A stretch of 64,000 nt of DNA from Nitrospira sp. (GTDB lineage: Bacteria > Nitrospirota > Nitrospiria > Nitrospirales > Nitrospiraceae), in NCBI GenBank assembly GCA_016873515.1, contig VGXB01000003.1, forward strand, positions 248 through 64,247. Reading direction: 5' to 3'. Below the pieces are notes generated by a model. That model saw nothing but the letters and a program-made list of their open reading frames with translations. It was not told where the DNA came from and did no database searches. Within the stretch, counting starts at the first letter, position 1. Every line of letters starts with the position of its first letter. Shown one piece after another: positions 20,530 through 30,546 of this stretch. The translations under genes were made by a program, and so were the position numbers.

Positions 20530-20738
20530 CTAGAGTTGTATGACGGACTCGATGAGGTTCTTGTTGATCGCCACAAAGCCGGACCGCTCTTTGTCGTCGA
20601 TCACGACGTCAGTCAAGCTGATGAACAGACGCACTCCCTCGTTGATCGCGTCGGAGATACGATTGCGCATCGGAGGGACCAGGAAATTACCCACATACGT
20701 GCAATGGACCGTCCGGATGCGAACCTTCCTTCGGGCAC
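20530..20738 (-). CDS. Small hypothetical protein with an uncertain, possibly frameshifted start
   Basis: Protein-like block RKVRIRTV...FVAINKNLIES; the nearest GTG (20738) behind GAGGAGG is one base out of frame. Confidence 0.4.
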
Positions 20739-20765
20739 AGCCTCCTCTCGGGTGAGGGATTGGAG

Positions 20766-20861
20766 CTAGCTCTTTCGTCGAAGGAATTTTTGACGCTGGC
20801 GCAGTTTCTTGTGTTTGTGCTTGCGCATTTTTTTTCGACGTTTTTTCAGTACACTCGACAT
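20766..20861 (-). CDS. AURKAIP1/COX24-domain small basic protein (bS22/mS38-like ribosomal protein)
   Basis: Translated by hand: MSSVLKKRRKKMRKHKHKKLRQRQKFLRRKS (31 aa); SD AGGAG upstream; absent from the ORF track. Confidence 0.9.
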   Translation of the reverse strand: MSSVLKKRRKKMRKHKHKKLRQRQKFLRRKS

Positions 20862-21010
20862 GTTGTAGTTCTCCTGGGGGGCGGAGTCTAGAGGCTTTCG
20901 GCGCAAAATGCAAGCAAATGCCGGTGGTTTGTTCGGATCGAACGTTGGCCCGGAGAGGCGTAGAAGACTCTCTCTTGACCCTTCGTTTGTCGACTTTCTA
21001 TACTGCAGTC

Positions 21011-21532
21011 ATGAACTGGCATTGGCTATCAGGTACTCTCATACGTTGGTCATTCGTCGGATGGATCACTCTGCTCGTTGTGGTGGCCGGCGCCTGTTCA
21101 TCCAAAGTTCCGCCATACCCGGAGGATCATGCACGCATCCAGCGCATCGATCGGGCGGTGGAGGCATTGCGGAGTGCTTACCAAACGAAGGACTATTCGT
21201 CGTTCAAGTCCCTTATGCTGCAGGAGGAGTCCCTGGATGTCTTGCGAGGGAACACCGAAGCCGACTTTGATGCGTTTCACTCGATCTCCCTCGAATTCAA
21301 GATTGAACGGATCATGATCGAGGGGGAGAGCATTGATGTCTATGTCCGTTGGCAGGGGCTCTGGAAGAAAACGTCCGAGGAACCGGGGACACGCCAGCGC
21401 GGTTATGCGCGTTTTCAATGGAGCGGGACCAGTACGATTTTGCTCCGCGCGGCTCAGGGCGATCTGCCGTTCGGCATGAAAGCCAAACAAGCGTTGCCCG
21501 AGTCCCGTCTCTCCCAGCCCGGTATGCCGTAG
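21011..21532 (+). CDS. Putative lipoprotein
   Basis: Hydrophobic signal ending in lipobox VAGAC; start ATG 21011 chosen. Confidence 0.7.
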   Translation: MNWHWLSGTLIRWSFVGWITLLVVVAGACSSKVPPYPEDHARIQRIDRAVEALRSAYQTKDYSSFKSLMLQEESLDVLRGNTEADFDAFHSISLEFKIERIMIEGESIDVYVRWQGLWKKTSEEPGTRQRGYARFQWSGTSTILLRAAQGDLPFGMKAKQALPESRLSQPGMP

Positions 21533-21539
21533 CGATCTG

Positions 21540-23174
21540 ATGCGGCACCTTCCCCCACAGGCGGACTTTCTCGTGATCGGCAGTGGAGTCGCCGGTCTCC
21601 GTGCGGCACTCGAGCTCAGCCGCGAAGGCCGGGTCGTGATGCTCACCAAGGGCCATCCGTTGCAAAGCAACTCCATTTTTGCACAGGGCGGAGTGGCGGT
21701 GGCGTTGAGCGAGGAAGACGACGTGGCGGTCCATCTGACGGATACGATGAAGGCCGGCCATGGATTGTGCCAGCGTGAGGCAGTGCGCGTGCTCGTCGAG
21801 GAAGGGCCGGCTCGGATTCAAGAACTCATTCGATGGGGCGCCAAGTTCGACAAGACAGACGGAAAGTTTGCCTTCGCACTTGAAGCGGCACATAGTCGCA
21901 GCCGAATTCTCCGTGCCCGGGGCGACGCCACGGGCAATGAGATGGTGCGTGTCTTAATGGCGCAGGTCGGTCGGCAGAAACGGATCCATCGGCTGGACTA
22001 CCATTTCACCGTGGATCTGGTCGTGGAGGATGGCCGGTGTTGCGGAGCGCTCGTGCTGAAGGAACACTCCGGCAAACAGTTCATTCTTCCCGCCAAAGCG
22101 GTCGTACTTTCGACCGGCGGGGCTGGCCAGATCTATGCCCGAACGACGAACCCGCCGAATGCGACTGGCGACGGGATGGCGATGGCGTTCCGGGCTGGTG
22201 CGCAGCTCCAAGACATGGAGTTCGTCCAGTTTCATCCGACGGCGCTCTACGTGCCGTCGAGTCCGCCGTTTCTTTTATCGGAAGCGATGCGGGGTGAAGG
22301 TGGGCAGTTGCGCAATCATAAGGGCGAGGCCTTCATGCCACGCTATCATCCGCTGGGCATCTTGGCTCCCAGAGACATCGTGGCTCGGGCGATCTGGACA
22401 GAAATGGCGGCGACCAAAGCGCGCCATGTCTACCTCGATGTGACGCACCTTGGGGCTGATTTTGTCAGGCGGCGATTCCCCACGATTTATTCAACGTGTC
22501 TCCGCTACGACATTGATATTACGGAGGAGTGGATTCCAGTCTCTCCGAGCGCACATTACATGATGGGAGGAGTTTGGACCGATCTCAACGGCGCGACGAC
22601 GTTGCCCGGCCTCTTTGCCGCCGGTGAGGTGGCTTGCAGCGGTGTGCACGGCGCCAACAGGCTAGCGAGCAATTCCTTGTTGGAGGGATTGGTGTTCGGC
22701 ATGCGGGCGGGCGCAGCAGCCGTGGCGTGGGCCTCCAACCAAACCTCGCCGGATTTGGCTGGGCGGGTGACGGCATTAGGGCAGGAGCAACGGCACCGGC
22801 TGGACGATGCAGAAAAATTGCGAAGCTCGCTTCGTCGAACCATGTGGGGGCAAGTCGGCATCATTCGCTCTCGTGAATCGTTGATACGTGCCACGGCTCA
22901 GCTTTCACGGTGGGCCCACATGGTCTCGAAGCCGTTTGTCACGAGGGCGGACCTTGAGATCAAAAACATGATTCAGATGGCGCTCTGCATCGCGAAATCG
23001 GCGCTCTGGCGGGAAAACAGTGTGGGCGCTCACTTCCGATCAGACTTCTCCGAAGCCAAGCGGTCAGGCTGGAAGCACCATAGCCATGTTACTCTGGAAC
23101 AACTGGCTATTGAACAGGAGAGGCGGAAAAGCCGAGGGATTGTGGTGGCGCTACGACCTCCTGTGGTGCAATGA
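21540..23174 (+). CDS. nadB: L-aspartate oxidase
   Basis: GSGVAG, AQGGVA, EAAHS, MEFVQFHPT, LAPRDIVAR, HYMMGG, GVHGANRLASNSLLEG. Confidence 0.96.
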   Translation: MRHLPPQADFLVIGSGVAGLRAALELSREGRVVMLTKGHPLQSNSIFAQGGVAVALSEEDDVAVHLTDTMKAGHGLCQREAVRVLVEEGPARIQELIRWGAKFDKTDGKFAFALEAAHSRSRILRARGDATGNEMVRVLMAQVGRQKRIHRLDYHFTVDLVVEDGRCCGALVLKEHSGKQFILPAKAVVLSTGGAGQIYARTTNPPNATGDGMAMAFRAGAQLQDMEFVQFHPTALYVPSSPPFLLSEAMRGEGGQLRNHKGEAFMPRYHPLGILAPRDIVARAIWTEMAATKARHVYLDVTHLGADFVRRRFPTIYSTCLRYDIDITEEWIPVSPSAHYMMGGVWTDLNGATTLPGLFAAGEVACSGVHGANRLASNSLLEGLVFGMRAGAAAVAWASNQTSPDLAGRVTALGQEQRHRLDDAEKLRSSLRRTMWGQVGIIRSRESLIRATAQLSRWAHMVSKPFVTRADLEIKNMIQMALCIAKSALWRENSVGAHFRSDFSEAKRSGWKHHSHVTLEQLAIEQERRKSRGIVVALRPPVVQ

Positions 23175-23776
23175 CGTGGTCAGTCGCAGCGAGGTCTCGC
23201 AGGAGGAACGTTCGGTAATAGCGCAGGACCTTGCGGACGTACGGCCTGGTTTCATCAAATGGTGGAAGCGTGCGGTACCGGTCCACGGCATGTTCTCCCG
23301 CGTTATAGGCCGCCAGGGCAAGTGGCAAGTTCCTGCGAAATCGGTCCAGCAGTTGCCGGAGGTATTTCGTGCCTCCGCTGACGTTGTCCTCAGGATCGTA
23401 CAGATCTCGGATCTTCAGCCTGACGGCAGTTTGCGATATGAGCTGCATCAGCCCCTCCCCGACGCTCGACACCGCGTGAGGATCGAAGTCCGATTCGGCT
23501 TTGATGACAGTCCCGAACGAGTGCCGAATGCAGTTGATGCTGGCGTGAAAACTAGCTGATCATCGGCGCGAGCTCTTGCTTCGAGATCGTCGGGTGTAAT
23601 CGATTCGGAACAATGTCAACCCGGCGGTCGTGCGCATCGAAGGACACGTTGGTTAGAGAAATAGTCTCTTTGGCATCGATGCATGGATAAATTTCCCCTT
23701 GGGCAACCGTCATTCCGGCAACCAGAAAGTATCCCTCGGCGAGGAGGCCGACCAGGGAAGGCCAGGCGGGGAAGCG
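23107..23776 (-). pseudogene. Lytic transglycosylase (SLT) with a DUF4124-like N-terminus, inactivated
   Basis: GEIYPCIDAKETISLTNV...MIS*FSRQH (TAG 23552-23554), frameshift near 23512, then VIKAESDF...GLMQL...ALAAYNAG...ETRPYV. 5' end approximate. Confidence 0.8.
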
Positions 23777-23902
23777 AGACTATATCGGTACTTGCGGTAT
23801 GGCCAAACGATAACAGTCTTCAATCTTCTGTCAAGAAATGGCAGATCCTGTGCCGTGGAGGTAGCTGAGAAATAAGAAATCAAACAATGAGTTAGGAATT
23901 TG

Positions 23903-24802
23903 CTACAAGGAGGATGGTTCCAGAAATCGTTTCCGAGCTCCAGAAAACAGGTTGCGAAGCCTCTGGGTCAGAAGGCCCGGTTTTCCATTCCCGATCGGTC
24001 GGCGATCAACGGAGGTCACCGGCATGATTTCCATACTGGTATTGGTCACAAAACATTCATCTGATCGATAGAGCTGTACTGGCGTGAATCGTCCTTCCGT
24101 TACGGAGAACCTCTGCTCCTTCGCCAATTGCAAGACGATCGATCGAGTGATGCCATCAAGGAGGCCGCACTCAAGGGAGGGGGTGTGCAGATGTCCTTCT
24201 GTCACGAAGAACAGATTGCTGATGGTACACTCTGTCAGATGTCCTTCCCAATTGAGCAAGACGCTATCGAAGACGCCTGCGGCGATCGCTTCACGTTTGG
24301 CGAGAATGTTGTTGAGGAAATTAAGGGATTTGATCTCAGGCGGCAACGCGCCGGGTAAATTCCGTCTGGTCGAGGCCAGTATCACATCGACTCCAGTGTG
24401 ATAAAGCGCCGCAGCCGGTGCGACGAGTGGCTGCGCCATAATCACGACGGTGGGAGACGGGCAGAGCGACGGATCCAGTCCGATGCCGCCAGCTCCACGC
24501 GATACGGTGACCCGCAGATACGCATCTTGCTGAGCGGTTCCCACGTTGTTGCGCGCCATCGATTCATGCAGGAGCTCGGGCCAGCGCTCTCGATGAATCG
24601 GAATGGTCAATCCGATGGCCTCCGCGGAGCGGAATAGCCGCCCCATATGCTGTTCACACATGAATAGGCGAGATTCGTACGAACGTATGGTTTCATAAGC
24701 CCCGTCTCCATAGAGAAATCCATGGTCGAAGACTGAGACAACAGCCTCTTCCTTCCGTACGAACTTGTCGTTTAGAAAAATCCACATTTGGGAGAAAGTC
24801 AC
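23903..24802 (-). CDS. Class IV PLP aminotransferase (aminodeoxychorismate lyase or BCAT)
   Basis: FDHGFLYGDG, IKSLNFLNNILAK, ECTISNLF, LDGITR; coupled to a PabB-like gene. Confidence 0.88.
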   Translation of the reverse strand: MTFSQMWIFLNDKFVRKEEAVVSVFDHGFLYGDGAYETIRSYESRLFMCEQHMGRLFRSAEAIGLTIPIHRERWPELLHESMARNNVGTAQQDAYLRVTVSRGAGGIGLDPSLCPSPTVVIMAQPLVAPAAALYHTGVDVILASTRRNLPGALPPEIKSLNFLNNILAKREAIAAGVFDSVLLNWEGHLTECTISNLFFVTEGHLHTPSLECGLLDGITRSIVLQLAKEQRFSVTEGRFTPVQLYRSDECFVTNTSMEIMPVTSVDRRPIGNGKPGLLTQRLRNLFSGARKRFLEPSSL

Positions 24803-26289
24803 TATGCGAACGCGTGTAAAAACGCCTGGGCTTTGTGAATCGTTTCCTCGTACTCGCGCGCCGGGTCGGAGTCGGCGACGATACCGGCGCCAACCTGGAG
24901 GTAAGCCTTGCCGTTCGTCCGCACGAGCGTACGAATCACAATGTTGAAGTCTAGATCGCCGCTCCAGCTGAGGTAGCCCATCGAGCCTGTATAGGTGCCA
25001 CGGCGGACCGGCTCCAACTCTTCGATAATTTCCATGCAGCGGATTTTGGGAACACCGGTAATCGTTCCTCCTGGGAATACGGCTTTGAGGAGGTCAAAGC
25101 CAGTGGCATCGGACCTCAAGGTGCCCGTGACATGGGAGACAAGGTGATGGACATGGGAATAGTGCTCCAGCGCCATCAGTTCGTCCACTCGGACGCTCCC
25201 AGACTCACAGACTCGGCCGAGATCATTCCGTTCGAGATCGACCAGCATGACATGCTCGGCCCGCTCTTTCTCGTTGCTGCGTAGTTCATCCGCGAGCCGC
25301 TGATCGTCGGTGGTATTCCCTCCACGCGGCCTCGTCCCGGCAATTGGACGCGTATCAGCCTGATGCCCGTTGAGCCGAACGAGCCGTTCAGGCGATGAAC
25401 TGATCAAGCTGACTCGATCGAGCCGGAGTAATCCGGAAAACGGTGCAGGATTGAGCGCGCGCATGCGGCCATAGGCCAGCAGATCGGACTGGAGATCAGG
25501 TTGAGGAGATAAGATGTCGCCCGTGACGGTAAAGCGATGGGATACATTGGCTTGGTAGATATCGCCCGCCGCGATATAGTCTTGGCACCGACGGACACGG
25601 TCCATGTAGGACGACCGGTCTTGATCTGGCGAAAACGTGAGACGGATAGTAGTTGTATCCGTTGCTGCGGTTACGGGAGAGCTGAGCAGTTGCGCATGCA
25701 GAGCAGTCAGCCGGTCGCAACCCTCGCGGTACAATTTTTCACGAGTTTCGCTCAGGAATCGTTCGGGCGGCGGGCAGAACATGAGGACCAGGACATTCAA
25801 TTTGTGGTCGATTGCCGCGACGAGGTCGAAGAATGCGAATTCAAAGTCCGGTGTTGCCAGGTCATCGAGCGTCAATGACGGCAATCGTTCGAATCGGCGG
25901 GCAAGGTCGTAGCTGAAATAACCGATTGCTCCCCCGAAGAAGGGCGGGACATCGCGAGGGCGGGCGATCGATGACGTGCCCATGAGTTTGGTGAGATAGT
26001 GGAACGGGGCCGGCCCGGACTCTTCCCGGCCTTCTACCGAGCGCCGCAGATACCGATCGGGTGTTCCGCAGAGGAGTTGGTAGGGATCACTGCCAAAGAA
26101 CGAGTATCGTTCCATTCCGGTCATACCGCCGCCACTTTCAAAAAGAAAGGAAGGGCATCGAGGCGACGCAATGTTGGCATAGAGGTCAAATGGACCTGCT
26201 GAAGGACGGGGGCAAGTGACGACGAGCGGTGACGGGGGACCTTGCAGGAAGGTCGTGGGCAGAGATGTCATGAGTGGCATGGCGCTCAC
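24802..26289 (-). CDS. pabB: Aminodeoxychorismate synthase component I (MST family)
   Basis: GDIYQAN, NPAPF, SSPE, PIAGTRPR, KERAEHVMLVDLERNDLG, FPGGTITGVPK; PabC-like neighbour favours PabB over TrpE. Confidence 0.82.
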   Translation of the reverse strand: MSAMPLMTSLPTTFLQGPPSPLVVTCPRPSAGPFDLYANIASPRCPSFLFESGGGMTGMERYSFFGSDPYQLLCGTPDRYLRRSVEGREESGPAPFHYLTKLMGTSSIARPRDVPPFFGGAIGYFSYDLARRFERLPSLTLDDLATPDFEFAFFDLVAAIDHKLNVLVLMFCPPPERFLSETREKLYREGCDRLTALHAQLLSSPVTAATDTTTIRLTFSPDQDRSSYMDRVRRCQDYIAAGDIYQANVSHRFTVTGDILSPQPDLQSDLLAYGRMRALNPAPFSGLLRLDRVSLISSSPERLVRLNGHQADTRPIAGTRPRGGNTTDDQRLADELRSNEKERAEHVMLVDLERNDLGRVCESGSVRVDELMALEHYSHVHHLVSHVTGTLRSDATGFDLLKAVFPGGTITGVPKIRCMEIIEELEPVRRGTYTGSMGYLSWSGDLDFNIVIRTLVRTNGKAYLQVGAGIVADSDPAREYEETIHKAQAFLHAFA

Positions 26290-26355
26290 ATAGGTGTTTG
26301 AAGAATGTGGGTCACTATACCGCAGCCACTTCCGTAGGAATAGGCCTAGATCAGC

Positions 26356-26385
26356 TTGACATTATGATCGTAGCTCTGCTTAAAT
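26356..26385 (+). promoter_or_regulatory. Promoter candidate for the F0 atp operon
   Basis: TTGACA-18 nt-TTAAAT with TG extension. Confidence 0.4.
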
Positions 26386-26444
26386 TGTACGCTCATGTAT
26401 CGGGAGAGTTCTGCTGACGTGCTCTCGCCTTCCGTGGGTTTGGG

Positions 26445-26690
26445 ATGCCTGCTCCACAAGATCCCTTATACGCGGGGCTCGGCCAAGCTGTTCGAATCGG
26501 AACGGAACTGCTGGCTGCGTTGATCGTTGGAGGTGGGCTTGGATGGGCCATCGATACGTATCTCTTCGGGACCATTCCGTGGGGACTCGTCATCGGGTTA
26601 GTGTTCGGTCTCGCGGCCGGAATGAGGAGTGCGTATCGATCTGTGCAGCGGTGGCAAAGCCCGCCCACCGATGTGGATAAACAAGGATAA
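26445..26690 (+). CDS. AtpZ/AtpI-family protein
   Basis: Two TM helices, GLGWAIDTY...T.PWG; first gene of the F0 operon. Confidence 0.85.
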   Translation: MPAPQDPLYAGLGQAVRIGTELLAALIVGGGLGWAIDTYLFGTIPWGLVIGLVFGLAAGMRSAYRSVQRWQSPPTDVDKQG

Positions 26691-26692
26691 CC

Positions 26693-27442
26693 ATGGAAGA
26701 AAGTCCCCTGCATCAGTTTGAGCTTCACCCCTGGGTCCCAATGTCGATTGGGGGGGTGGATATTTCCATCAATAAAGCCGTGGTTTTTATGTGGGTGGTC
26801 ATCGCCGTGGCATCGGTGTGCATGGTGATGGCTGGATCATCACGCAAGCTGGTGCCCGGCAAATTGCAGAGTTTGGCCGAGATGATGGTGGAGTTCATTC
26901 GCAACATGATCCTGGAGACGATGGGGAAAGACGGCATGCGATTTTTCCCGCTCGTCGCTACACTCTTTGTGTTTATTCTGTTCTCCAATTACATCGGGCT
27001 CATTCCAGGGACCTACACCGTGACGAGCCAGATTATCGTGACGGCCGCCTTCTCCTTCCTGGTGTATGGGATTAGCTTGGCTGTTGGATTTTTATTACAT
27101 GGGGTCAAGTTTCTGGGCATTCTGATTCCACCCGGCACACCGGGATGGCTGGTGCCGCTCATGATTCCGATTGAGATCATCAGCCAGATTGCCAGGCCCA
27201 TTTCGTTGGCAGTCCGGCTGTTTGCGAATATGACGGCAGGCCACGTGATGCTCGCCGTGTTGTTCGGCCTCACGGTCGGTGGCGGAGTGTTGATCGGGTG
27301 GTTGCCGTTTGTGTTTACGGTCGCGATCTACGGGTTGGAATTTGGTATTGCCTTTATCCAAGCCTATATTTTCACGATTTTGACCTGCGTCTATTTGGGA
27401 GACGCGTTTCATTTGCATGGACATGAAGAGCATGCACATTAG
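26693..27442 (+). CDS. atpB: ATP synthase subunit a
   Basis: RPISLAVRLFANMTAGH, IQAYIF. Confidence 0.97.
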   Translation: MEESPLHQFELHPWVPMSIGGVDISINKAVVFMWVVIAVASVCMVMAGSSRKLVPGKLQSLAEMMVEFIRNMILETMGKDGMRFFPLVATLFVFILFSNYIGLIPGTYTVTSQIIVTAAFSFLVYGISLAVGFLLHGVKFLGILIPPGTPGWLVPLMIPIEIISQIARPISLAVRLFANMTAGHVMLAVLFGLTVGGGVLIGWLPFVFTVAIYGLEFGIAFIQAYIFTILTCVYLGDAFHLHGHEEHAH

Positions 27443-27478
27443 TGCGTGCGAGTTTAGACAAGGGAGGAGTACGCCATA

Positions 27479-27712
27479 ATGGATTCAGCAGCAGCAGGGT
27501 TGATCGGGATGGGTTGTGCCGCGGCAGGATTTGCCGGGGCCGGGGTAGGGATCGGCTATATTTTCGGCAAAATGATCGAGGTGGTAGCACGCCAACCTGA
27601 AGCCGAAGGGCGCGTCACGAAGTATATGTGGATTGGGTTCGCGCTGGTGGAAGCCATTGCGTTGTATGGCCTGGTCATCGCGTTTATCATTATGGGGTTC
27701 CGCAAGGGGTAG
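27479..27712 (+). CDS. atpE: ATP synthase subunit c
   Basis: GAGVGIG, ARQPE loop, VEAIALY (essential Glu). Confidence 0.97.
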   Translation: MDSAAAGLIGMGCAAAGFAGAGVGIGYIFGKMIEVVARQPEAEGRVTKYMWIGFALVEAIALYGLVIAFIIMGFRKG

Positions 27713-27785
27713 GAGCAGGCGTAGGTTTGGGCCAAGGCCGAGGACACGGATCCCAGCCTGAGCCTGAGTCTACCTGAAAGAAACC

Positions 27786-28292
27786 ATGCCACAGTTTGAA
27801 TCTGAGTTTTTTTCTTCATTGATTTTTTGGGAAGTCATTTCGTTCGGCATTCTGTTGTTCGTCCTGTACAAGTACGCATTTCCAGGGATTTTGAGCGCGC
27901 TGGAAGAGCGGGAAAAGAAAATTAAGGACAGCCTCGATCAAGCCGAACAGCATCGCTCAGAGGCCGAGCGTCGGCTCAAGGACTATGAAGCCAAGTTGAG
28001 TGCAGCGGGGAAAGAGGCCGAAGCGATCCTTGCGGCGGCCAAGGAACGTGCCCAGCGCTTGCTTGATGAAAACGAGCAACGGATGACGACGGAGGCGGAA
28101 CGGATCAAGGGCGAGGCAACCCGCGCGATCGAACAAGAACGGCGGCGGGCCATTCAAGATATCCGTGCACAGACGACCGAGATGGCGTTGATGGTGGCCG
28201 AGAAAGTGGTGCAGCGCAGCTTGACGGATACCGATCACTGCAAATTCGCTGACGAGGCGCTTGACGCGTTGTCAAAATCCTATCAGCGGTAA
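27786..28292 (+). CDS. atpF: ATP synthase subunit b
   Basis: N-terminal TM helix, LEEREKKI, long coiled coil. Confidence 0.95.
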   Translation: MPQFESEFFSSLIFWEVISFGILLFVLYKYAFPGILSALEEREKKIKDSLDQAEQHRSEAERRLKDYEAKLSAAGKEAEAILAAAKERAQRLLDENEQRMTTEAERIKGEATRAIEQERRRAIQDIRAQTTEMALMVAEKVVQRSLTDTDHCKFADEALDALSKSYQR

Positions 28293-28313
28293 CAATGAAC
28301 GGCTGGGTGGAGT

Positions 28314-29129
28314 TTAGCCGAGGCTGACTCCACCAGGCCGGTATCCCTCCAGATCCACGGTGACGAACTGAAATCCCAGCGCCTTGAGCCCGGCGCTGAT
28401 TCGCGCACGCTGTTCGCTGTCCAGAAGCCTGGGCACATCCTCCGGTGCGACCTCAATTCTCGCGATCTCACCATGATCTCTGACGCGAACGTGGCGGAGT
28501 CCCTCGCGATACAGCAGCGCTTCCGCGCCTTCGACCCGGTTTAGTTTTTCGATCGTGATGGGCATCCCACGCGGGATTCTGGACGAGAGGCAGGCTGCCG
28601 CCGGTTTATCCCAATTGGAGAGGCCAAGGTCTCTGGCGAGGCGGCGAATGTCGGCTTTCGAAAGTTCCGCTTCCACCAACGGGCTTCGCACGCGCCAGTC
28701 TCTCGCGGCCTTGATCCCAGGTCGGTCATCGCCGAGGTCGTCGAGGTTCGTGCCATCCACGATATAAGCGATATCGCCAGTTCGACGGAACGTCTCCAGC
28801 AGTTGGTAGAGGTCAGTCTTACAGTGGAAGCAGCGGGCCGCATCATTGCTGACGAATTCGGGTATCTCCAGTTGGTCTGTCCGCACGATTTCGTGGCACG
28901 CGCCGATCTCTTGGGCCACCTGTTTAGCGGCTGCCAACTCGATCGCAGGGAAGGTTGGCGAGACGGCCGTCATGCCAACCGCTTTTTCCCGAAGCTGTTC
29001 ATGGGCGACCTTCAGGACAAACGTGCTGTCGATCCCGCCCGAATAGGCAACCAGCACCGCCCTCATATCCGAAAGCAAGGTCCGCAGTCGGTCGAGTTTA
29101 TGCTGAAGAAGGGCCGGTTCCATGGACAT
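28314..29129 (-). CDS. larE: LarE-like PP-loop sulfur transferase (TIGR00268)
   Basis: AYSGGIDS, CFHCK, DGTNLDD, RPG, ACLSSRIP; start moved to ATG 29129. Confidence 0.88.
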   Translation of the reverse strand: MSMEPALLQHKLDRLRTLLSDMRAVLVAYSGGIDSTFVLKVAHEQLREKAVGMTAVSPTFPAIELAAAKQVAQEIGACHEIVRTDQLEIPEFVSNDAARCFHCKTDLYQLLETFRRTGDIAYIVDGTNLDDLGDDRPGIKAARDWRVRSPLVEAELSKADIRRLARDLGLSNWDKPAAACLSSRIPRGMPITIEKLNRVEGAEALLYREGLRHVRVRDHGEIARIEVAPEDVPRLLDSEQRARISAGLKALGFQFVTVDLEGYRPGGVSLG

Positions 29130-29149
29130 CGCTGCCTTGGGGGAATCGT

Positions 29150-30538
29150 CTAGTGCCGAACGTTTGCCTTCGCTTGATTGCCCACCACCACTAAGGCATA
29201 GTGCTGAGGATTGAGGTACTGTTTGGCGACCCGCTGCACATCCTCTTTCGTCACGCGCTCGATCCACTTAGGGTACTGGCTGAAGTACTCGAAACCCAGA
29301 TCGAAGAACTCCACCTGGGCCAGCACGCTGGCCAGTTTGGCCGTCGAGTCCAGCCGCAACGGGAAGTTCCCTATTAAGAACGACTTCGCTTCGGCGAGTT
29401 CTTGATCGGTGACTGGAGACTCGTGCAGACCCTTGATTTCAGCCACCACGCTGGCGATCGCCTGATTCGTGGTATCTGTTTTGGTTTGGAGATTGATCCA
29501 GAACGAGCCCGGCATCGCCCTCGCGTCATAATGGCTCATGATGCCATAGGCGAGTCCTTGTTTGTCCCGGATAGCGTCCATCAAACGGGATGAAAATCCA
29601 CCAGCGCCGAGGACGTAATTCATGACCGTTACAGCATAAAAGTCTGGGTTTTTCCGACTGATTCCACCATGGCCCAGCATGATGGTCGACTGGGTTAAGT
29701 CCTTTTCAATGAGCTGAACGGTCTTGCTCTTGATCACCGCTGGGTTCTTGGTCGATCTGGCCGGCGGGGGGGCCGTTCTCCACGAACCAAAGTGTGCCCG
29801 AACCAGTGCCGTGGCTTGCGCTATCGTGATATCGCCGACGATGGTGAGGATGGTCTGGTTGGGGAGATATTCTCTTGTGTAGAAACTCTGCACATCCGCC
29901 AGTGTCATCTTGCTCAACGTCTCTTCGGTGCCGTTCACGGGCCATCGATAGGGGTGATTGGCGAAGACCAGCTGGTTGAACGCTTTCATGGCGACTTGGC
30001 CAGGATCGTCATTGTCACTGACAAGTTCACCTAGAATCTGGGAGCGCACTCGATCGAATTCCTGTTTGGGGAACGCGGGATGTAGCAGGATGTCTGCCAA
30101 CAGGGTGAAGCCAAGAGCAACGTCCTTCGTGAGGATGCGTGCCGACGCCGTCGTGAAATCTTCGCTGGCTTTGACCTCGAGCGAGCCTCCGATAAAGTCG
30201 ATTTGCTCCGCCAATGCTTGAGATGATCTGGTCGACGTCCCTTCATCCAGCAGGCTCGCCGTCAAGTTGGCCAACCCTGCCTTGTCCGGTGGATCTTGGG
30301 CCGAGCCGGCTTTGATGAGAGCATGGATTTCAACAATTGGGAGGAAGTGCTGTTCTAGCACCACAACCGTGATGCCGTTTGCCGTCGTGATCTTCGCCGG
30401 GGTCAGGTTTGCAGCCAATCCGCGGTCGACAAAGCCGATCAGTGTGATCAGCAGAGCTCCAAGAACGAGTCCGGCGCAACTCCGTCGTGAGCGGTACCGT
30501 GCAACCCGGGATGGGCTCGTCGTTGAGTAGTCACGCAT
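29150..30538 (-). CDS. M16 peptidase-family protein, non-catalytic subunit
   Basis: M16 fold (LGAGGFSSRL, GLAYG); HxxEH replaced by ANLTASLLDEG. Confidence 0.88.
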   Translation of the reverse strand: MRDYSTTSPSRVARYRSRRSCAGLVLGALLITLIGFVDRGLAANLTPAKITTANGITVVVLEQHFLPIVEIHALIKAGSAQDPPDKAGLANLTASLLDEGTSTRSSQALAEQIDFIGGSLEVKASEDFTTASARILTKDVALGFTLLADILLHPAFPKQEFDRVRSQILGELVSDNDDPGQVAMKAFNQLVFANHPYRWPVNGTEETLSKMTLADVQSFYTREYLPNQTILTIVGDITIAQATALVRAHFGSWRTAPPPARSTKNPAVIKSKTVQLIEKDLTQSTIMLGHGGISRKNPDFYAVTVMNYVLGAGGFSSRLMDAIRDKQGLAYGIMSHYDARAMPGSFWINLQTKTDTTNQAIASVVAEIKGLHESPVTDQELAEAKSFLIGNFPLRLDSTAKLASVLAQVEFFDLGFEYFSQYPKWIERVTKEDVQRVAKQYLNPQHYALVVVGNQAKANVRH

Positions 30539-30546
30539 GGCTGCAG

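Noticed and set aside
20739-20913. 5' half of the 127-aa track ORF
   Set aside because: It is an alternative frame over the bS22-like gene and its SD.
24802-26289. Assignment as trpE
   Set aside because: NPAPF rather than NPSPY, a class IV aminotransferase neighbour and no trp genes nearby favour pabB.
26445-28292. F0-only atp cluster as a Na+-pumping N-ATPase or novel complex
   Set aside because: Order is atpI-B-E-F without atpQ/R, and subunit c lacks the Ser/Thr after the essential Glu. Split F0/F1 operons are known, so F1 genes are probably elsewhere.
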